64,000 nucleotides of DNA from Callorhinchus milii (Eukaryota): contig NW_024704742.1 of NCBI RefSeq assembly GCF_018977255.1, positions 114,454,001-114,518,000 of the forward strand. Reading direction: 5' to 3'. A program made the translations under genes and the position numbers. Of this stretch, positions 13,183 through 27,245 are shown piece by piece. The first letter of the stretch is position 1. Each line of letters starts with the position of its first letter. The notes under the pieces were generated by a model that saw only the letters and a list, made by a program, of their open reading frames with translations, had not been told where the DNA came from and searched no databases.

Positions 13183-13319
13183 CTAAAAATGTATTTCTCT
13201 TTTCTGAAGCTGCTTCAAAAATAATAAATAATTTTCTGCACGATTATCAACAGCTGAAATTAAAATTATAGAGACTGTTGAATATGACTTAATTCATAAC
13301 ATTCTGGACCTAAAATTGA

Positions 13320-13540
13320 ACAACAAAAGGTTACTTTATGTTGCATGTTTCATGTCGGAAGGGCATCTCAAAGTGCTTCACACAGCTGACGACAAACCTG
13401 AGCTGATGTGGGGGGGCAGGTAAATTATGAAGTAGAGAAAATGATCAAAAGCGTGTTTGAAAAGATAGGTCTTAAGGCAGGCTTTGAAGGTAGGGAGAAA
13501 AGGAGTAAGGGGAAGAGACTCCAGGATGGAGTTCCAGAGA
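13320..13540 (-). mobile_element. Old L2 3' end
   Basis: Minus-strand ORF LWNSILESL...FKACLKTYLFKHAF, typical L2 ORF2 C-terminus. Confidence 0.75.
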
Positions 13541-13789
13541 AATTCCTCTGTCTGTGGGAGTAAAGATTGTTTCATAGACTGTTTGTAACCTCAAACCCTC
13601 TCAGACAAGAACCTGCACAGGATCACCTAAATCCTTTCACTGTTGAGTTTGTTACCATGATGAACATTTCATAGCCATTTTGAGGAAGCCTTTACACCAA
13701 AACACTCTTTCACCATTTCTGATCATTCGTACACCATGCTAGATTTTATTTTGATAGCGAAGATAAGTTATGAAAATAGACAAGTAAAA

Positions 13790-14500
13790 TTCTTGGTTTT
13801 ATAAATAGAGGCATTGAATACATAAGGAAGCAATGTTAAATTTACAGAAGACAATAGTTCAAGGCTATAGTTGGAGGACTTCATGCAGTTTCGGTGGACC
13901 ATTATGGAAAGCACCAATGGAAAGGAAAAGAGCAGATTCACATCTTTATATAAGGTATAAAAGATTATTGACATGAGAATAGAGTTGAAAAATTGGGTTG
14001 GTTTTCACTAAAACAGAAAAAGTAAAGAAGGAATCGAATACAGGTCTTCAAATGTATGTTTTAAGAGCACAGATGTTGAAGGATCATTCTCACAAATTGA
14101 CAAATTGATAACAAAGGGGTGTCAAATCATTAATGTTATTGGATATATTTAGAAGGAGAGCGAAAACTTTGTTTCCATACAAACCGTGCCTTTGGTCTCC
14201 ATCCCACCTTTCTGCCTTCCCTCACCCCTACACCACCCCTCCCCCATGCTCGGGCCCCAACACCTGACTGTTCAGCACTTTGGGACGTCCTCCCGATGTG
14301 AAAGACGCTCTTTCAATGTAATTTTATTGTTGTTGTGTTGAAATGCACACGTTTATGTTTGAGTACTGTCTTGACTGATATGGCATGTTTGCCATAAAAG
14401 GCTTCTGATATTGAGTACATAACGACATTTGGACACACATTTGAAGTGGAAAAATATAAAAGATTACCTGGAAAAAGCAAGAAATTGGGATTAGAGTAGT
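13790..14500 (+). mobile_element. Degenerate CR1 interrupted by an L2 3' tail (about 14185-14336)
   Basis: CR1-like agagttgaaaaattgggttggttttcactaaaacag; L2 tail gggacgtcctcccgatgtgaaagacgc...ttgttgttg. Confidence 0.6.
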
Positions 14501-15419
14501 CCTCCAGTAGAGAACGGTCTTAAGTGTTGTAGTATGTCACGAGCAGCATCAATTGTGCCTCAACCACTCTCTACACTAAGTGACCTTGCCAGGAAGTCCA
14601 GGAGAAACTGTTCAACCTGGAGAAGCTTCAGGATAAAGCATTAGTGTAGAGCAGCAAAGCAGGGAAGATATGCATAAAATATCATGAAAGATTACATTTG
14701 TAAATGATATGTGATAAAAGCTGTATTATCTGAATAATATCAGCAATATGTGACAAGCAAAGTATTAAAAGTAAAAATTAAAATGACTTTATAAATTACA
14801 ATGAATATATCAATGATGTGAGAGTAAATGCACTTCATGCAATGTAAGGCAAATCACATTGTCTCACTTTCCCTCCTCTCCTTTGTTCAAAGACTTGTGT
14901 ACAACAGAAGGGTATGGATTATAACAGGTGGTGGTTCCCACAAGTAAAACAACTGTCATTTTATGGAAAAGTGATAGTTTTATTGGGGATGAAAAATCTA
15001 AAAGGCTTTGAGATTGCGGATATTGGAATAGAAATTCTAGTGATAGTTACCATATTAGTGATGTTCACCACTCCTCCTGATAGACTTTTTGAGACATTAT
15101 TTTGCACAAATTGCACAAGTCACAAGTTGCAGCATGCAATTTGCATGAAATGGTAAATGCATGTATCCATAAACACTGATTGTGCAGGAGCCATCAAAGT
15201 ATATAGAATGACAACAGTGCATTTATATCATCATTCAAGGCAGTAACCAAATGGAAATGTGTGCATCTGTGCTGATAAATGGTCCATCTGTTCTCTTTGC
15301 AGAACAAAGGGAGCCCAGTGGACCATCTGCCACAATACCCCACACCCGTGCATCAACCATCACCACCCCTATTTGAACCAAGCATTATTTCAGATACATT
15401 TACTGTGGAAAATTAAGAT

Positions 15420-15960
15420 ATAAAAGTGGGTATCATTAGATCCACTGGGCAGGTTTTACTCATTAACAGGTGGCCCAAAGTAAGGCTCATATTTAGTCTT
15501 TTGGTCAGGCTGTATTTGAAGTACTGTTACATTTCTGTTTGTTGCAATATGTGAAAGCTTCCCTAGCCTAGGAGGCACTTGGGAGAAGAGCAATGAGAAT
15601 AATCTTTACGGTTTACAGGGATGAGCCAATAGGTTAGCGTTCTTCAGCCTTCAAAAGAGAAATCTTAGAAGGGATTTTATATAGGTAAATGTAGATGTTA
15701 AATGGGTTAGAGAAAGTAAATCCAGAATAATCAGATATGGTGAAGTAGCAGGAAAAGAAAGCAAAAGCATAGGATGTGAAGGATTAGAATAGATATCAGG
15801 AAGTTTTTTTTATGGATTCAGGAATAGGAAGGATACCAGGAAGGAAGGATAGTGGAGACCAGTAGACTGGACGTTTCAGAAAAGCTTTATAGCTTTATAG
15901 CTTAAAGAGAGGTTAGTATCCCAAAAGAATAAGATCAAATGACCTGAGGGTCTTCTTCAT
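15420..15960 (+). mobile_element. Highly degenerate CR1 fragment
   Basis: ggttagcgttcttcagccttcaaaagagaaatcttagaagggatttt resembles CR1 LFSLEKRRLRGDL. Confidence 0.55.
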
Positions 15961-17074
15961 CCTTACCCCTTTTGTAATATTGTGAGTGCTCCAGGCCTTA
16001 CTGTAGGAGATCCTGCTTTGTTATCATGCTTGGTTGTATCTTTCTGCATTTGCTCAAGAATTCCAGTAACAACTTCTTGAAATCTTCTTTGATAATACAT
16101 GGCAGCATTTGTTTGGTGATCAGGTGGGTTAGTGTTTGCTGGAGGGCAACATGCACCACCAGCAGAATCTCAAGGCAACATCCTTAAGTGGACTCTCTGC
16201 CAATCCTTCATTTCTCTGTCTTTCTGTTGTTTGAAACTGATGATTCATATTTATGGTTGGCTCTTGGCCACTTTCAGACACTGCTCATGGTAGATCAGCA
16301 TGGATCTGGATGGACAATACCACAATACTCTAGTACACGAATAAGCAGGGTGGAACTTGGTTCCTGTGTAGCATTGATTTAATGGCTATCTAGTTTATCA
16401 TAGAATGAAATGCCATTATCAGTAGGTTGAAAATTTCACTAGCCCTAATGAACTGCATGTGTTCAATTACAATATAATTCAGAAAATCTGTTTTCCACTA
16501 AATTTATGTACGTAAGCATTTCAAGACATTAGTTTGAGTGAAATAAACCATATTAATGCAAGTTTTGCCCACGAAATACACAGCTGATTCACTTGATTGC
16601 GTATTCTGTAAAGCGCTTTGAGATGTCTCAAAGACATGATAAGCCACTATATCAAATGCAAGGATTATTATTGTTATTATTAAATTGTTGTTGATGTAAT
16701 CATAATGCTCAAGTAAACCTTGAGTTTCCAACTTCTATACTGAGGACAGGTACCTGGCAATCAAAACTATACACAATGAAGAAATCCTGGAGGTGGGACT
16801 TTATGTCGATTCAGAGACAAACAGTACTGGACCAAAAACAATTTTTAGATTCAAAATTTTCAGAATAACAGTATTTCTACCTCTGAATTACCTTCAAGTG
16901 TAAACACTCTTATCACGGTTTTGACAGTTTTTACATCATCCTACATTTTATATTGACATTTTTATGAAGAGCAAACGCAAAGTTATAATTTGACTTGTTT
17001 TTCGGGTGTTGTATTTCAATGATTACTTTTTAATGGTGCTCCACTAAAAGAACTGCACTTAGTAGTTACGGCAA

Positions 17075-17305
17075 TTTTACTAGTGACTGTATTTGTAGGG
17101 CAGCCAATTTGTAAACAGCAGTATCTTCCAAACTGCCACAAAGTGAATAACCAATATTAGCTGGGGATTGTTGGTGACAACATAGAGAGAAACTCCTCTT
17201 TACGAGAAGTGCTATGGAATCTTCAACACCCATGAACAAGCAGACAGGGCCTCAGTCTCATCCGAACAGTGTACATCCCCAGCACTGTATTGGAATATCA
17301 GCCCA
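17075..17305 (-). mobile_element. Deu-domain SINE fragment
   Basis: gcagccaatttgt...gtgctatggaatcttc...cagacagggcctcagt...cagcactgtattggaatatcagcc. Confidence 0.65.
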
Positions 17306-17321
17306 AAACTCTTGGAGGTAT

Positions 17322-17565
17322 CTAAACTCCAGCAATACCCGAATGAGCACTTTGGGGTTCCCAAACCTTGTCTCTTGCCAACATGTGTCTAATACTTTTT
17401 GGAATTAGGGAAGTAGGATGAGTCCCTCCAGGGAGAGAGTGAACATTCCAATAAATATCTCTGGAATTTCCATGCATGGGTGGGATGCATGGAACTCTCA
17501 ATTTGGTTTGGATGCTCTTAAGCACGATGATATGTGTGTTAGACACCGGCCTGAATCAAAAAATT
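17322..17565 (+). mobile_element. Unclassified A-tailed retroposon ('family X'), 3' part
   Basis: Reverse complement of the copies at 19.3, 39.1 and 52.3 kb; ends gttagacaccggcctgaatcaaaaaa. Confidence 0.7.
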
Positions 17566-19310
17566 TGAAATGACGGAAGTTTCTCCGGGTGCCGTGGGTC
17601 AACAACCTTCTAAATTCATTAATCATTTACCCCATGACTATTTGTGTGACTTTGCTGGTGTGAATGGCTCTAGTGATTGCCTAATAATAGATTATTTTTT
17701 AAATCAAAATATACGCGCACTCCACTTTGGTGAAGGGACCAAGGTTTCCCCGTCTCGGGGTTCTGCCACCCTTTGCTGGGCACAGTTACAAACACAGTGC
17801 TTTGGAGATGTTTATTTGTGATAAAAATGCAAGTTCTTCACTTCTCAGCAACCATCCTTCCCCTTTGAAAGCATGTAAATAAGCTGAGTAAAGCAAATTG
17901 TTTAAAACTAGTTACTTTCTTATTGTCGGGGACAAAATCTATCATCTTTGTAAGGAGAAATACTGTATATGTAACACATGCTATAAGCGGGTTAACTTAT
18001 TTAAAAACTAATTGGTTGAACAACTGATTATAAAAAGGATTGAAGGTTATAGGGATAACTACAACCAAAGGTATTCAAATCCTTTATAAAGCACTGTGGG
18101 TCCACTCCTGTTGGGACCATAGGAATGTCATCTGTGGAATGCAGCTGGTCAGGGTTGAGTAATGTTACACTGATATCCTGGAGATTTCTGCTTGATTGCT
18201 TTCAGGGGCCAGGGAGAGATTTCAACAGTGTTGTCTTCCTAGAACTATTACCTAAGGTTGTTCATCTTTCTGGGAAGATTAAAATAAATCAGGGAGAGTT
18301 TGTGACAGATTGCACATGGTCTGTTGAAAATAGTGGGCATAATGGCTTCATTTTCTTCCCGTTCTACATTTTTTTGTTCTCTTTTAGACCACTGCTCTGC
18401 ATTTGTCTGTGTGTGTGTGCACATTTAATAAATGCATTGTGTAAAGCGTTTCATGGTACTGTAATGCACAACAGCATTCTTTGCTCTTTATCGCTGAGTT
18501 TCATAAAAGATGCAACATCATAGACAACATTATAGACTTCCAGTAAACAGAGAGGATGTGTGAGGGGAAGATTTTTCTGCACTGTATTTCTGTATTGCTC
18601 TTCCTGCCTGTTTCCCTCTATCCGTATTTGACATATGCACTAAGAAAGGTGTGCCTTTTCCATTATTTCTGTGTTCATTTTGCTCATATACTCTCACTTA
18701 TCTGTAAATTGGGTAATATACTGAAAAACGTACAAAAACACAGGAACAACGAAAGGAAAATATGGCATGATAACAATCCATGAATACTGAAGCTTTCATC
18801 CATCCCTTTAGGGATTGGATCCACAACACTTCTCAATGATGCTTGTATACTACAAAGGATTAGATGGCCACATGCACGCGATATGACCGCATAACCTCTC
18901 TTGTCTACTGAACTGGCTGGCATCAGATAAAATGAAGTATACACACCACAAGGTCATATACCCGCTTCCAACTACATTACTGGGGATCAGAGAGAAAAAA
19001 AACAAATGGCAATAGTTTGGCAGCACCAGTTGTAGATGTGCTCTGGTTTTTTATATAAAGGGTCACTGTTATTTTGAATTAGCGCAGAAGCCAAACCGTT
19101 CCAGAAGAGTGGTTTGAAACTGTTTTAATTCAGTTTCACTGTCAAGTATCCCTTTCTAATCAAAAAGGTCCAATTAAAATAAATTAAGTATTATTAAGTT
19201 AAATATATTTTGCAAAACTGGGACTGGTACAGATGTCCCTTATAAAGGTAATCCTCCCTCTGAGTCCTGTTAAAGTCCTTCTCAGAATCCAGTAATAATG
19301 AAAAAAATTG

Positions 19311-19590
19311 TTTTGGTCAGCCAGGTGTCTGCCACATGCAGAAACCCATCACAATGGTTAAGAGTATCTAAACCAGACTGAGAGTTGCCACCCACACATG
19401 GAAAATTGCCTGTGAATGCAATGGAATATGTACTCTCTCCCTGGAGTGACACACACTACTTGCCTAATTCTGGAGAGTATTAGATGCACGTTGGTGAGAG
19501 CAGAATGTGAATTGGGGAAACTGCTGGATTTCAACCAGCTAAAACTGCATAGTATGCCATTCAGAGCATTGTAAGCAAGCTTGTCCAGTA
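19311..19590 (-). mobile_element. Family X copy
   Basis: ttttggtcagccaggtgtctgccacatgcagaaaccc...cctaattctggagagtattag...aaccagctaaaactgcatag. Confidence 0.75.
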
Positions 19591-21409
19591 AAAAATAATA
19601 GTCAGCGGAGGCCAAGGCATCAAATAGACTTTCTTGGGGTCAGTTTTTCATTATCCTTTTAGAAATCCATATGGTTAACCCCAAAAATCCCAGAAATCGA
19701 GGAGAAAGCATCATTGACCATATTCATATTTTTCAAGGTTAAAGAAGTGAAATCTGTTTTTAAATCCAGTTCTCAGGAAAAGAGAGGATTTTTGTTATGA
19801 CCACCTGTTGCCCGTCCCCCTGCAGTCAACAGAAGACTATACCTTTGCCAGAGAAAATGCCTTCTAACTGAGTCACCACATTTCTAGCCAAGATTTTTAT
19901 GATCTACACTGAGCAGTGAGATTAGATGATAGCTAGCAAAGCACAATTGACCTTTATTTCTTTTTAAATAGTATTAGTAAAAGGGCATATATCCAAAGTT
20001 TCAGACAATACCTCAGTCTTGAACATTTCATTAAAGGTTGTGAGCAACAACAGCTCTAGTTTGGGATATATTTTCTATAAAGTTCAACTGTGTATGCATC
20101 AGTATTTTTAAAGCATTTTTTTTTAAAAAATCTATTTTTAGCTGCTGTCTGCAATTCTCTCCTGGCAGCAGCTCAGATACAGAATGATAAAGGATTTTGA
20201 GTCTCAGTGAAACCGTGGGTTTATGGTGGGATTTGTAATAGTTCTTTTCCAGCCAGAATCCTTGCTTATTCTTACCTGTAATTCAATATGCAGTATTCTC
20301 CAGCTGGACGTACAAGAGAAAAAAAAATCCCTAATGTCCTGAACTACCATTCAAAATAGAAAAAAAACCTCTAGCATATACAACAGCCAAAAGGACACAC
20401 GTTCCACTGCTTTATAATTAATTCAGCACACACTGCATTGTGTCTAAACACAGATACTGCACATCCTATGATTCAATGCTTTGCAGAGCAGGGATGTCAG
20501 GCTTCCAGTCTTTAAGCTATCGGATAGTTAGGGTAAAATTTACTGTAATAAACATCGAGAAGCTGTTTTATTTATTTCCCCACATTTTCCTCGTTTTTTT
20601 CATTCAAGTTAACACTCCACCCATCGATGCTACGTCTCTCAGTGGTAGGGTGGAAGACCCAACCAGCAAACGTTTCTACAGATGGTCTTCATGCTGTTCT
20701 TTGGCTGACTTGCAAATGCCTCTTGAGTAGTCTGGGAAGGATCTCTTTATCCAGTCAGTTTTCTCCCAACCATAAATGACTCAGCTAAGACTGATGAATT
20801 CACCCTCTAGGAGAAACCCAAGTGCAAATGTCAGCTAAACTGGGTCAGTAAAGGTTTTCATAAAAGATATTTTTAACCCAAGGTGACCTTTTAAAGCTGC
20901 TATCATTTTGTACATTTAAAATTACTAATACTTTTTTTTGGAAGAATCATGTTTTTTACTAACATGTTCATATAAACACATCTGAAATACATTTCAAAAG
21001 ATCATTTTCATAGCACTTTTGATCAGAATAGATATCCTATCTACCATCACTATTTCCCAAGCTGATGTGCAAAGCGTGCAGCAACAGGCATTATAACAAT
21101 AATCCTTCTTTTTGATAAAGCACCTCATTACGTCATCACAATGTCTCAAAGTGCTCCACAGAATTTACTGTATAGTGCAGACAAACACAGCTACCAGTGT
21201 CCCACAAACAGCCAGATCAATGACCATTTTTTTATCTGAGGGATTGTTGGCTAGGTGTAGCATTGGTGTAGTATTTGGCTACAATATTGAAAATATATTA
21301 ACATGCAATAAAACCTCTTCATACGAGCAAGGACACTATTCCCTTTTTCAGTTTTTTTTTACTAAGCACAAAAGGCTGAACAAGTGTTTCCGTTTAACAG
21401 ACAATCTTG

Positions 21410-21895
21410 ATTGAACCTACATAGCATTTTTCACGTAGGAAAATGTCTCAAAGTGCTTTCCAGAGATGGAGTGGAAGGGTAGAAGATAAGGGGTAGGAGA
21501 GAGTTGATAAAAGGAACAGGCAGAGGTAGGTTTTTAGAAAGGTTTTCAAAGCAGAGAAGGAGAGTGCAAAGCAAAGGGATTTTGAGAGAGCATTCCAGAG
21601 AGTGGAGGCAAAGTTCCTGAAAGCTTAGCTGCCAATGGTGGGGTGGAGGGGGTGGGAGACATGAGACAAGCCTGAGCTAGCAGAGTGGGATTGCAAGAGA
21701 TCATAGAGATAGGGTGGAGCAATGCCATGGAGGATTTGAACATAATAACGCAGATCCTGAAGTCAAGCCGCACAGAGAAGGGTTTCAACTGTTTTGAGAT
21801 TAAGGTGTAGGGATAAAGGCACCAATGTTGGATAGTTGGAAGAAAGCGGATTTGGTCAAGGGCTGGATAAAAGGAGAGTTGAGGGTTGACCAAAA
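21410..21895 (-). mobile_element. Old L2 3' fragment
   Basis: Reverse-complement L2 tail and ORF2 C-terminal similarity. Confidence 0.7.
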
Positions 21896-21999
21896 AGTGC
21901 CATGAACTACATGTACTATGCTACATTTTAAGATTGCATGGCTATTGATAGCTGTCCAGGCGTGCCTAATATTGCCAGCCCTTTCAGATGTGTGAAGTG

Positions 22000-22592
22000 T
22001 GAAGTCCTCCTGATGTGAAAAGTGCTATATAAATGTAAATTGTTGGACTATTCAAACACCCTCCTCGCCGGCCTCCCATCCACTACCATCCATAAAATCC
22101 AACTCCATTCTCTGCCGCCCGCATTCTCACCTGCACGAAACTCTGCTCCCCGATCACCCCAGTCCTTGCCAGACTGCACTGACTGCCTATCCCAGAGAGG
22201 ATCGATTTCAAGATCCTCACCCTTGTATTCAAGTCCCTGCACTCCTCTGCATCCCCTACCTCTCTGACCTCCTCTCTCCTCAGCACAGTACCCGTTTCCT
22301 TCGTTCCTCCGGGTCTGGCCTCCTCATTGTCCCCCGAGTCCTCCGCTCTACCCTCAGCGGCCGTGCCTTCAGCCACTATGCCCCGAGGCTCTGGAACTGC
22401 CTTCCTCACTCCTTTCATTTCGCTCCCTCCCTTCCCATTTTCAGGTCTCTGAAGACCTTTCTTTTCGACCGCACCTTTGGTCACCTTCCCACCCCTCCCC
22501 CTGGCTTGGTCCCGGGATCCTAAACTGTAAAGCGCACTGAGATGCCATCTGGCGTGGAGGGCACTATATAAATCCAAGTTGTTATTGTTGTT
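22000..22592 (+). mobile_element. L2 family B 3' part preceded by a family A tail
   Basis: LDYSNTLLAGLP; tail gagatgccatctggcgtggagggcactatataaatccaagttgttattgtt. Confidence 0.9.
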
Positions 22593-22799
22593 AATATGGT
22601 TCACCAGAAGGAAGATTTCATGAACACTGAAAGGCAGAGTGAGGGTTTGTATCTAGCAATAATGTAGCTGGTGTAGAGACAAACAGCTGAGACATAAAAG
22701 AGTATGATTAGAACTGATTTGTATTGTATAAATAATTGTTTTAGATTTGTAACTAGTTGTGCTTTTTAATTATAAACTCCCATTGCTAGTTTTAAAACA

Positions 22800-23425
22800 A
22801 TAATAATTCCTGTTCTTATACAGCAGTGCCTTTCACTTAGGGTAATGTCTTGAGTACTTCACAGAGACTGTGCCCAACACCAAACAAGGAGGTGGAAGGA
22901 GGGAGGTTACTATTGTGGTTTGAAATCAGATAGAGAGGGAGATCGACAGAGTAGGGGTATAGTGGCTGAAGGCTTGGCTGCCAAGAGTAGGGTGGAAGGG
23001 GCAAGCAATATGCAGCAGTCCTGAGTTAGTCAAGTGGATGGGGAAAGCAGATGAATGAGATTGGAGAAGGACACAATGTTGAAGGAGATAAAGGGAATAG
23101 GGATCCGTAGGTGAGGTTCTTGAAATCAATCTGCTGGGAGCCAAGGAGTCAGTGGAGCCTGTAGAGAATAGGGCTAATAGTTAAGTGAAGCGGTGTGTGG
23201 ACGGCTAAGAATAGCATTTTGGATGAGGTGGATCTTGTAGATGGTATATTTGGGAAGGCAGATGAAGAGGGCATTGGAGAAGTCAAGTCTGGAGGTAACA
23301 AAGACTGAAGGTCAGACAATGCAACGCTCATCCAATACTGCACTGGAATGTCAGCCTAGACGATCAGTGCAACTACCAACGTGGGTCTTGAACCCACAAT
23401 CTTCTGACTCAGAGCCAAACTGACA
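22800..23425 (-). mobile_element. Old L2 3' fragment followed by a Deu-SINE head fragment
   Basis: L2-like gagggcattggagaagtcaagtctggagg, then tgcactggaatgtcagcctag...cttgaacccacaatcttctgactcaga. Confidence 0.65.
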
Positions 23426-24680
23426 GGTTTTGCTCAAAAAGACTAAGACTTGGCAAGCCTGCAATGGTTTAGAAATTAAATCTGTGACAATTGTTTCCCT
23501 TGCAATCTAAAGGGTATTGTAGAGAACTGTTACTGGAAGTGTGAATCCTGATAATTCTTGCAACTTGCACCTATTTTCTTCATCAAAGCATGGGTAGATT
23601 TAGGTGTCTCTGGTGCAACAATAGCTAACAGAAGCTTACCAGGCGGATTTCAAGGAAGATTTTGCAGAAAGCAATAAAGCCTTCCTGGCGTGAAAGGCGC
23701 CATGTAAATGCAATTTGTTATTGTAGTTTTGAATTTTGGTGAGTACATGGATTCTAATGCATTAGCCATATTGTATGTTCCTCATAATAATATCCAAAAT
23801 AACCCCTTTAGGGACAGCAAGCCGTTCATCTGACATTACTGTTACTCTTGCTGTAGAAATAATGAAGATATCTGAGAGTAGCCTGGGTTAACTTTTTTCC
23901 CTCCTCTCTGGTGGGGATGGGTCTGTCATTTCTGGACAGTTTGTTCAATGACACAGCCAAAATCTAGTGTTAATCACATGAGGATAAATCTACTATTCTG
24001 AGAATAGTAAGTCAATGCCACGAGTCACGACACACCCATTAATATATTGTATATTTTAAACATGAACACTATTCTTCACTGAGTAAAACATCAGTTAGGT
24101 CATGTGATACTCAATACATGAAGCAAATTGAAAAAAGTTTTTAAAAAATTGCTTGACCTTGAAACAAGGAGTCAATCAGGTGCATGTGATGGTGCAGGTG
24201 AGAAGAATCACACCAAGCGTAACTCATTCCTTACCCTGTCGAAAACAGTATGAAAATCTAAAGGGAGTCAAAGCCCAACAGAAAGAATATGAAAGGCATT
24301 AATTTAATTGTACGTTGATGGGCTATGGCCAGAAATCATCCTTGAACAACCAACATTCATATATGTGCATCACAGGAAGGACAAAACCTACTTAAGATAG
24401 GTATTTTTTCAGCAAATAAGCTACGAATGCAGCTGTTTCAAAACAAAAGGAAAATACGAAGCAGTAAATGTAGATAGCAGCCAATGCAAACCTAGGCAGC
24501 AAAGTACGTGTTTTAAATTTAGTACAACGTATCTCCAGAGTTCACAATAGTGCCAAATGGGACATAGCTTCATGAACAACATAATAATGGAGCTTTCATG
24601 ACAGAGGCATAACATTTTAGGAGTAGTGAAGCACACACTACAATGGACAAAAGAGATCTTAGTGGGTTCTTAAATACAAA

Positions 24681-27245
24681 AACAATAACAACTTGGATTT
24701 ATATAGCGCCCTCCACGCTGGACGGTGTATCAGAGCACTTCACAGTAACGGATCCCGGGGCCGAGCCAGGGGGAGGGGGAGGAAGATTACCAAAGGCGCG
24801 GTCGAAAAGAAAGGTCTTCAGCAGGGACCTGAAATAGGAAGAGGGAAGGAGTTCCAGAGCCTCGGGGCGTAGTGGCTGAAGGCACGGCCACCGAGGGTGG
24901 AGCGGAGGACTCGGGGGATGAGGAGGAGGCCAGACCCAGAAGAACGAAGAAAGCGGTGTTGGTGAGGGACCGGATGTGGAGGAGGAAGGATAATTGGGGG
25001 TCGAACCTGACGCCTAGGTTGCGTATGGGTTCAAGGAGTTTTAGGGGGAGGCCCGGTAGGTGGAGGAGGTGAGAACCATGAGATTTTAGACATTGACGAG
25101 AGACAAAATGTATCGCTTCTATCTTGTCAACATTCAGCTGAAGGAAATTTACCCTCATCCAGCCCCTGAGGTCTGACAGGCAGGCTGACAGAACATCAGG
25201 GGACTGGGGGTCGCAAAGAGAGGTGGAAAAATAGAGTTGTGTGTCGTCCTCATACATGTGGAAATGTACCCCATGTCTGCGGATGACATCCCCAAGAGGA
25301 GCATGTAGATCAGAAAGAGGAGGGGGCCAACAACAACAACAAGATTGCATTTATAGAGCCCTTTTTACGTTGGGAGGATGTCCCAAGTTGGGTCGGGACT
25401 CGAGCAGGGGGGAAATGGTCAGGATGAGGGAAGGGAGGAAGCATGGAGGGGGTAGAGAGTTGAGGGGGGAGGTGAAGGCACAGTTGAAGAGAAAGGTCTT
25501 GAGACCGGCCTTAAAAGAGGAAAGGGAGGAAGCAAGGCGAAGGCTCTGGGGGATGGAGTTCCAGAGCCTAGGGGCTGAGAAGCTGAAAGCCCGGCCACCG
25601 ATGGTAGGGCGGTTAGGGTGGGGGTTGTGGAGCAGGCCAGAGCCAGAGGAACGGAGGGTACGGGCGGGTAAGTAGGGGGATAGTAGGTCAGAGAGGTAGG
25701 AGGGAGCAAGGCCGTGGATGGCCTTGCAGGTGAGGATGAGGATCTTGAATTCGATCCTCTGGGGGATGGGGAGCCAGTGGAGGCGAGCGAGGGTGGGAGT
25801 GATGTGGTCCCAAAGCCTGGTGCGGGACAGTACACGAGCTGCAGAGTTCTAAATGACCTGCAGCTTGTGGAGGGAGGTGCCGGGAAGGTCAAGGATGGAT
25901 CCTTGGGGTATCCCACAGGTAACCGGGTGAGAGCGGGAAAAGAAGATGTTTGTGCAGATGTACTGCTGGTGGTTTGTGAGGTAGGACTCGAACCAGGCGA
26001 GTGAGGTCCCACTGAGGTAGATGACAGAGGAAAGGCGGTGGAGGAGGATGGCGTGATCGACTGTGTCAAACGCGGTGGAGAGGTCCAGGAGGACAAGGAG
26101 GCAGAGGGAGCCCTGGTCACAGATAGAGAGGATGTCGTTTGTAGTGGCTGGGGTTTGAGAAATCTAGGGAAGGTTTTTTGAGGAGGGGTTGATGACAGCA
26201 GTTTTGAGGGGGGGCAGTAGCTGTGGAGATGCTCAAGCCACAGTTGGCGGTGAACTGTCAGACCAGTTTTCCGCCATCTGTGCTCGAGCAGCCGGGTTTG
26301 GGTTTTTAGGCGGTGGAGATGGATGTTGTACCAGGGGGATCGGGTGAGTTTGAAGATGGTCCTGGATTTCAGGGGGACAAGGGAGTTGAAGGTGGAGGAG
26401 AGGCAATCATGGAGCAGCTGGACGTGGGTGGAAGGCCAGAGGGATAGGATTTTTGATGATGCAAGGGCCTTTGTGAGGGTCTCAGGGGGTAGCCGTTTCC
26501 CAGGGCGGTAGAGGATGGTTGAAGGCTTGGTGAAGGAGAGAGGGATGTGAGAGGAGAAGGAGATGAGGAAGTGGTCCGAGATGGCCTTGTCCACTATGCT
26601 AGGGTCAGAAATGTCAAGGCTGTGGGCGGTAAGGGCATGACCACGGCTGTGGGTGGGTGCATTTATGTGAAGGGAGAGGTTTAGGGAGGAGAGGAGGGCA
26701 GTGAAGTTGGCAGAAGTAGTGCAAGGGGAGTTTAGGTGGAGGTTGAAATCGCCCATTATGAGCAGGCATTCGGAGCAGAGGGATAGGGAAGAGAGTAGAG
26801 ATGTCTGTGTGGAAGGAGCCGGGGGGCTTAGTGGGGCAGTAGACAAGGAGGATTTTCAATGGGAGAGAGAGGTGGAAGAGGGTGAGCTGTTCGAAGAAGG
26901 GGAAGCAGCCAGAGAAGTAGGGGGTAAGACCAAGGGAGGCTTTGGAAATGAAGGCCACCCTGCTGCCATGCTGGTTTGGATGGGGTGGGGGGTGTGTGGA
27001 AGGTGTAGCCTGGAGGGGAGGCTTCAACTAGGGGAATGGGGTCATTGGGAGAGCCAGGTTTCGGTGAGCCCAAGTCAAGGTGCTCATCCAGGATGAGGTC
27101 GTGGATGGTGAGGGATTTGTTTGAGAGGGAACGGACATTTTGGAAGGAATTGCGGGTGGGTTTGCTGGAGGGAGGAAAGGGAGCAGAGAGTGATGGTTGT
27201 GGAGAGTGGTGGGAATAGAGAATTGAGGAGGGTACATATGAGGGA
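24681..27245 (-). mobile_element. Long L2 LINE (family B) with APE endonuclease and RT remnants, internally deleted and inactive
   Basis: APE motifs QNVRSLSNKSLTIHDLILD, LIMGDFNLH, ISDHFLISF; RT region HFHMYEDDTQLYF; frameshifts and deletions at about 24950 and 26150. Confidence 0.95.
25329..25890 (-). mobile_element. 5'-truncated L2 family A nested in the long L2
   Basis: (CAA)n tail starts at 25329; host sequence resumes collinearly at 25891 (gggggcc / aaggatggatccttgggg). Confidence 0.88.

Noticed and set aside
25419..26846. 475-aa ORF as a host gene or active LINE ORF2
   Set aside because: Chimeric read-through of two nested L2 copies in shifting frames, with deletions
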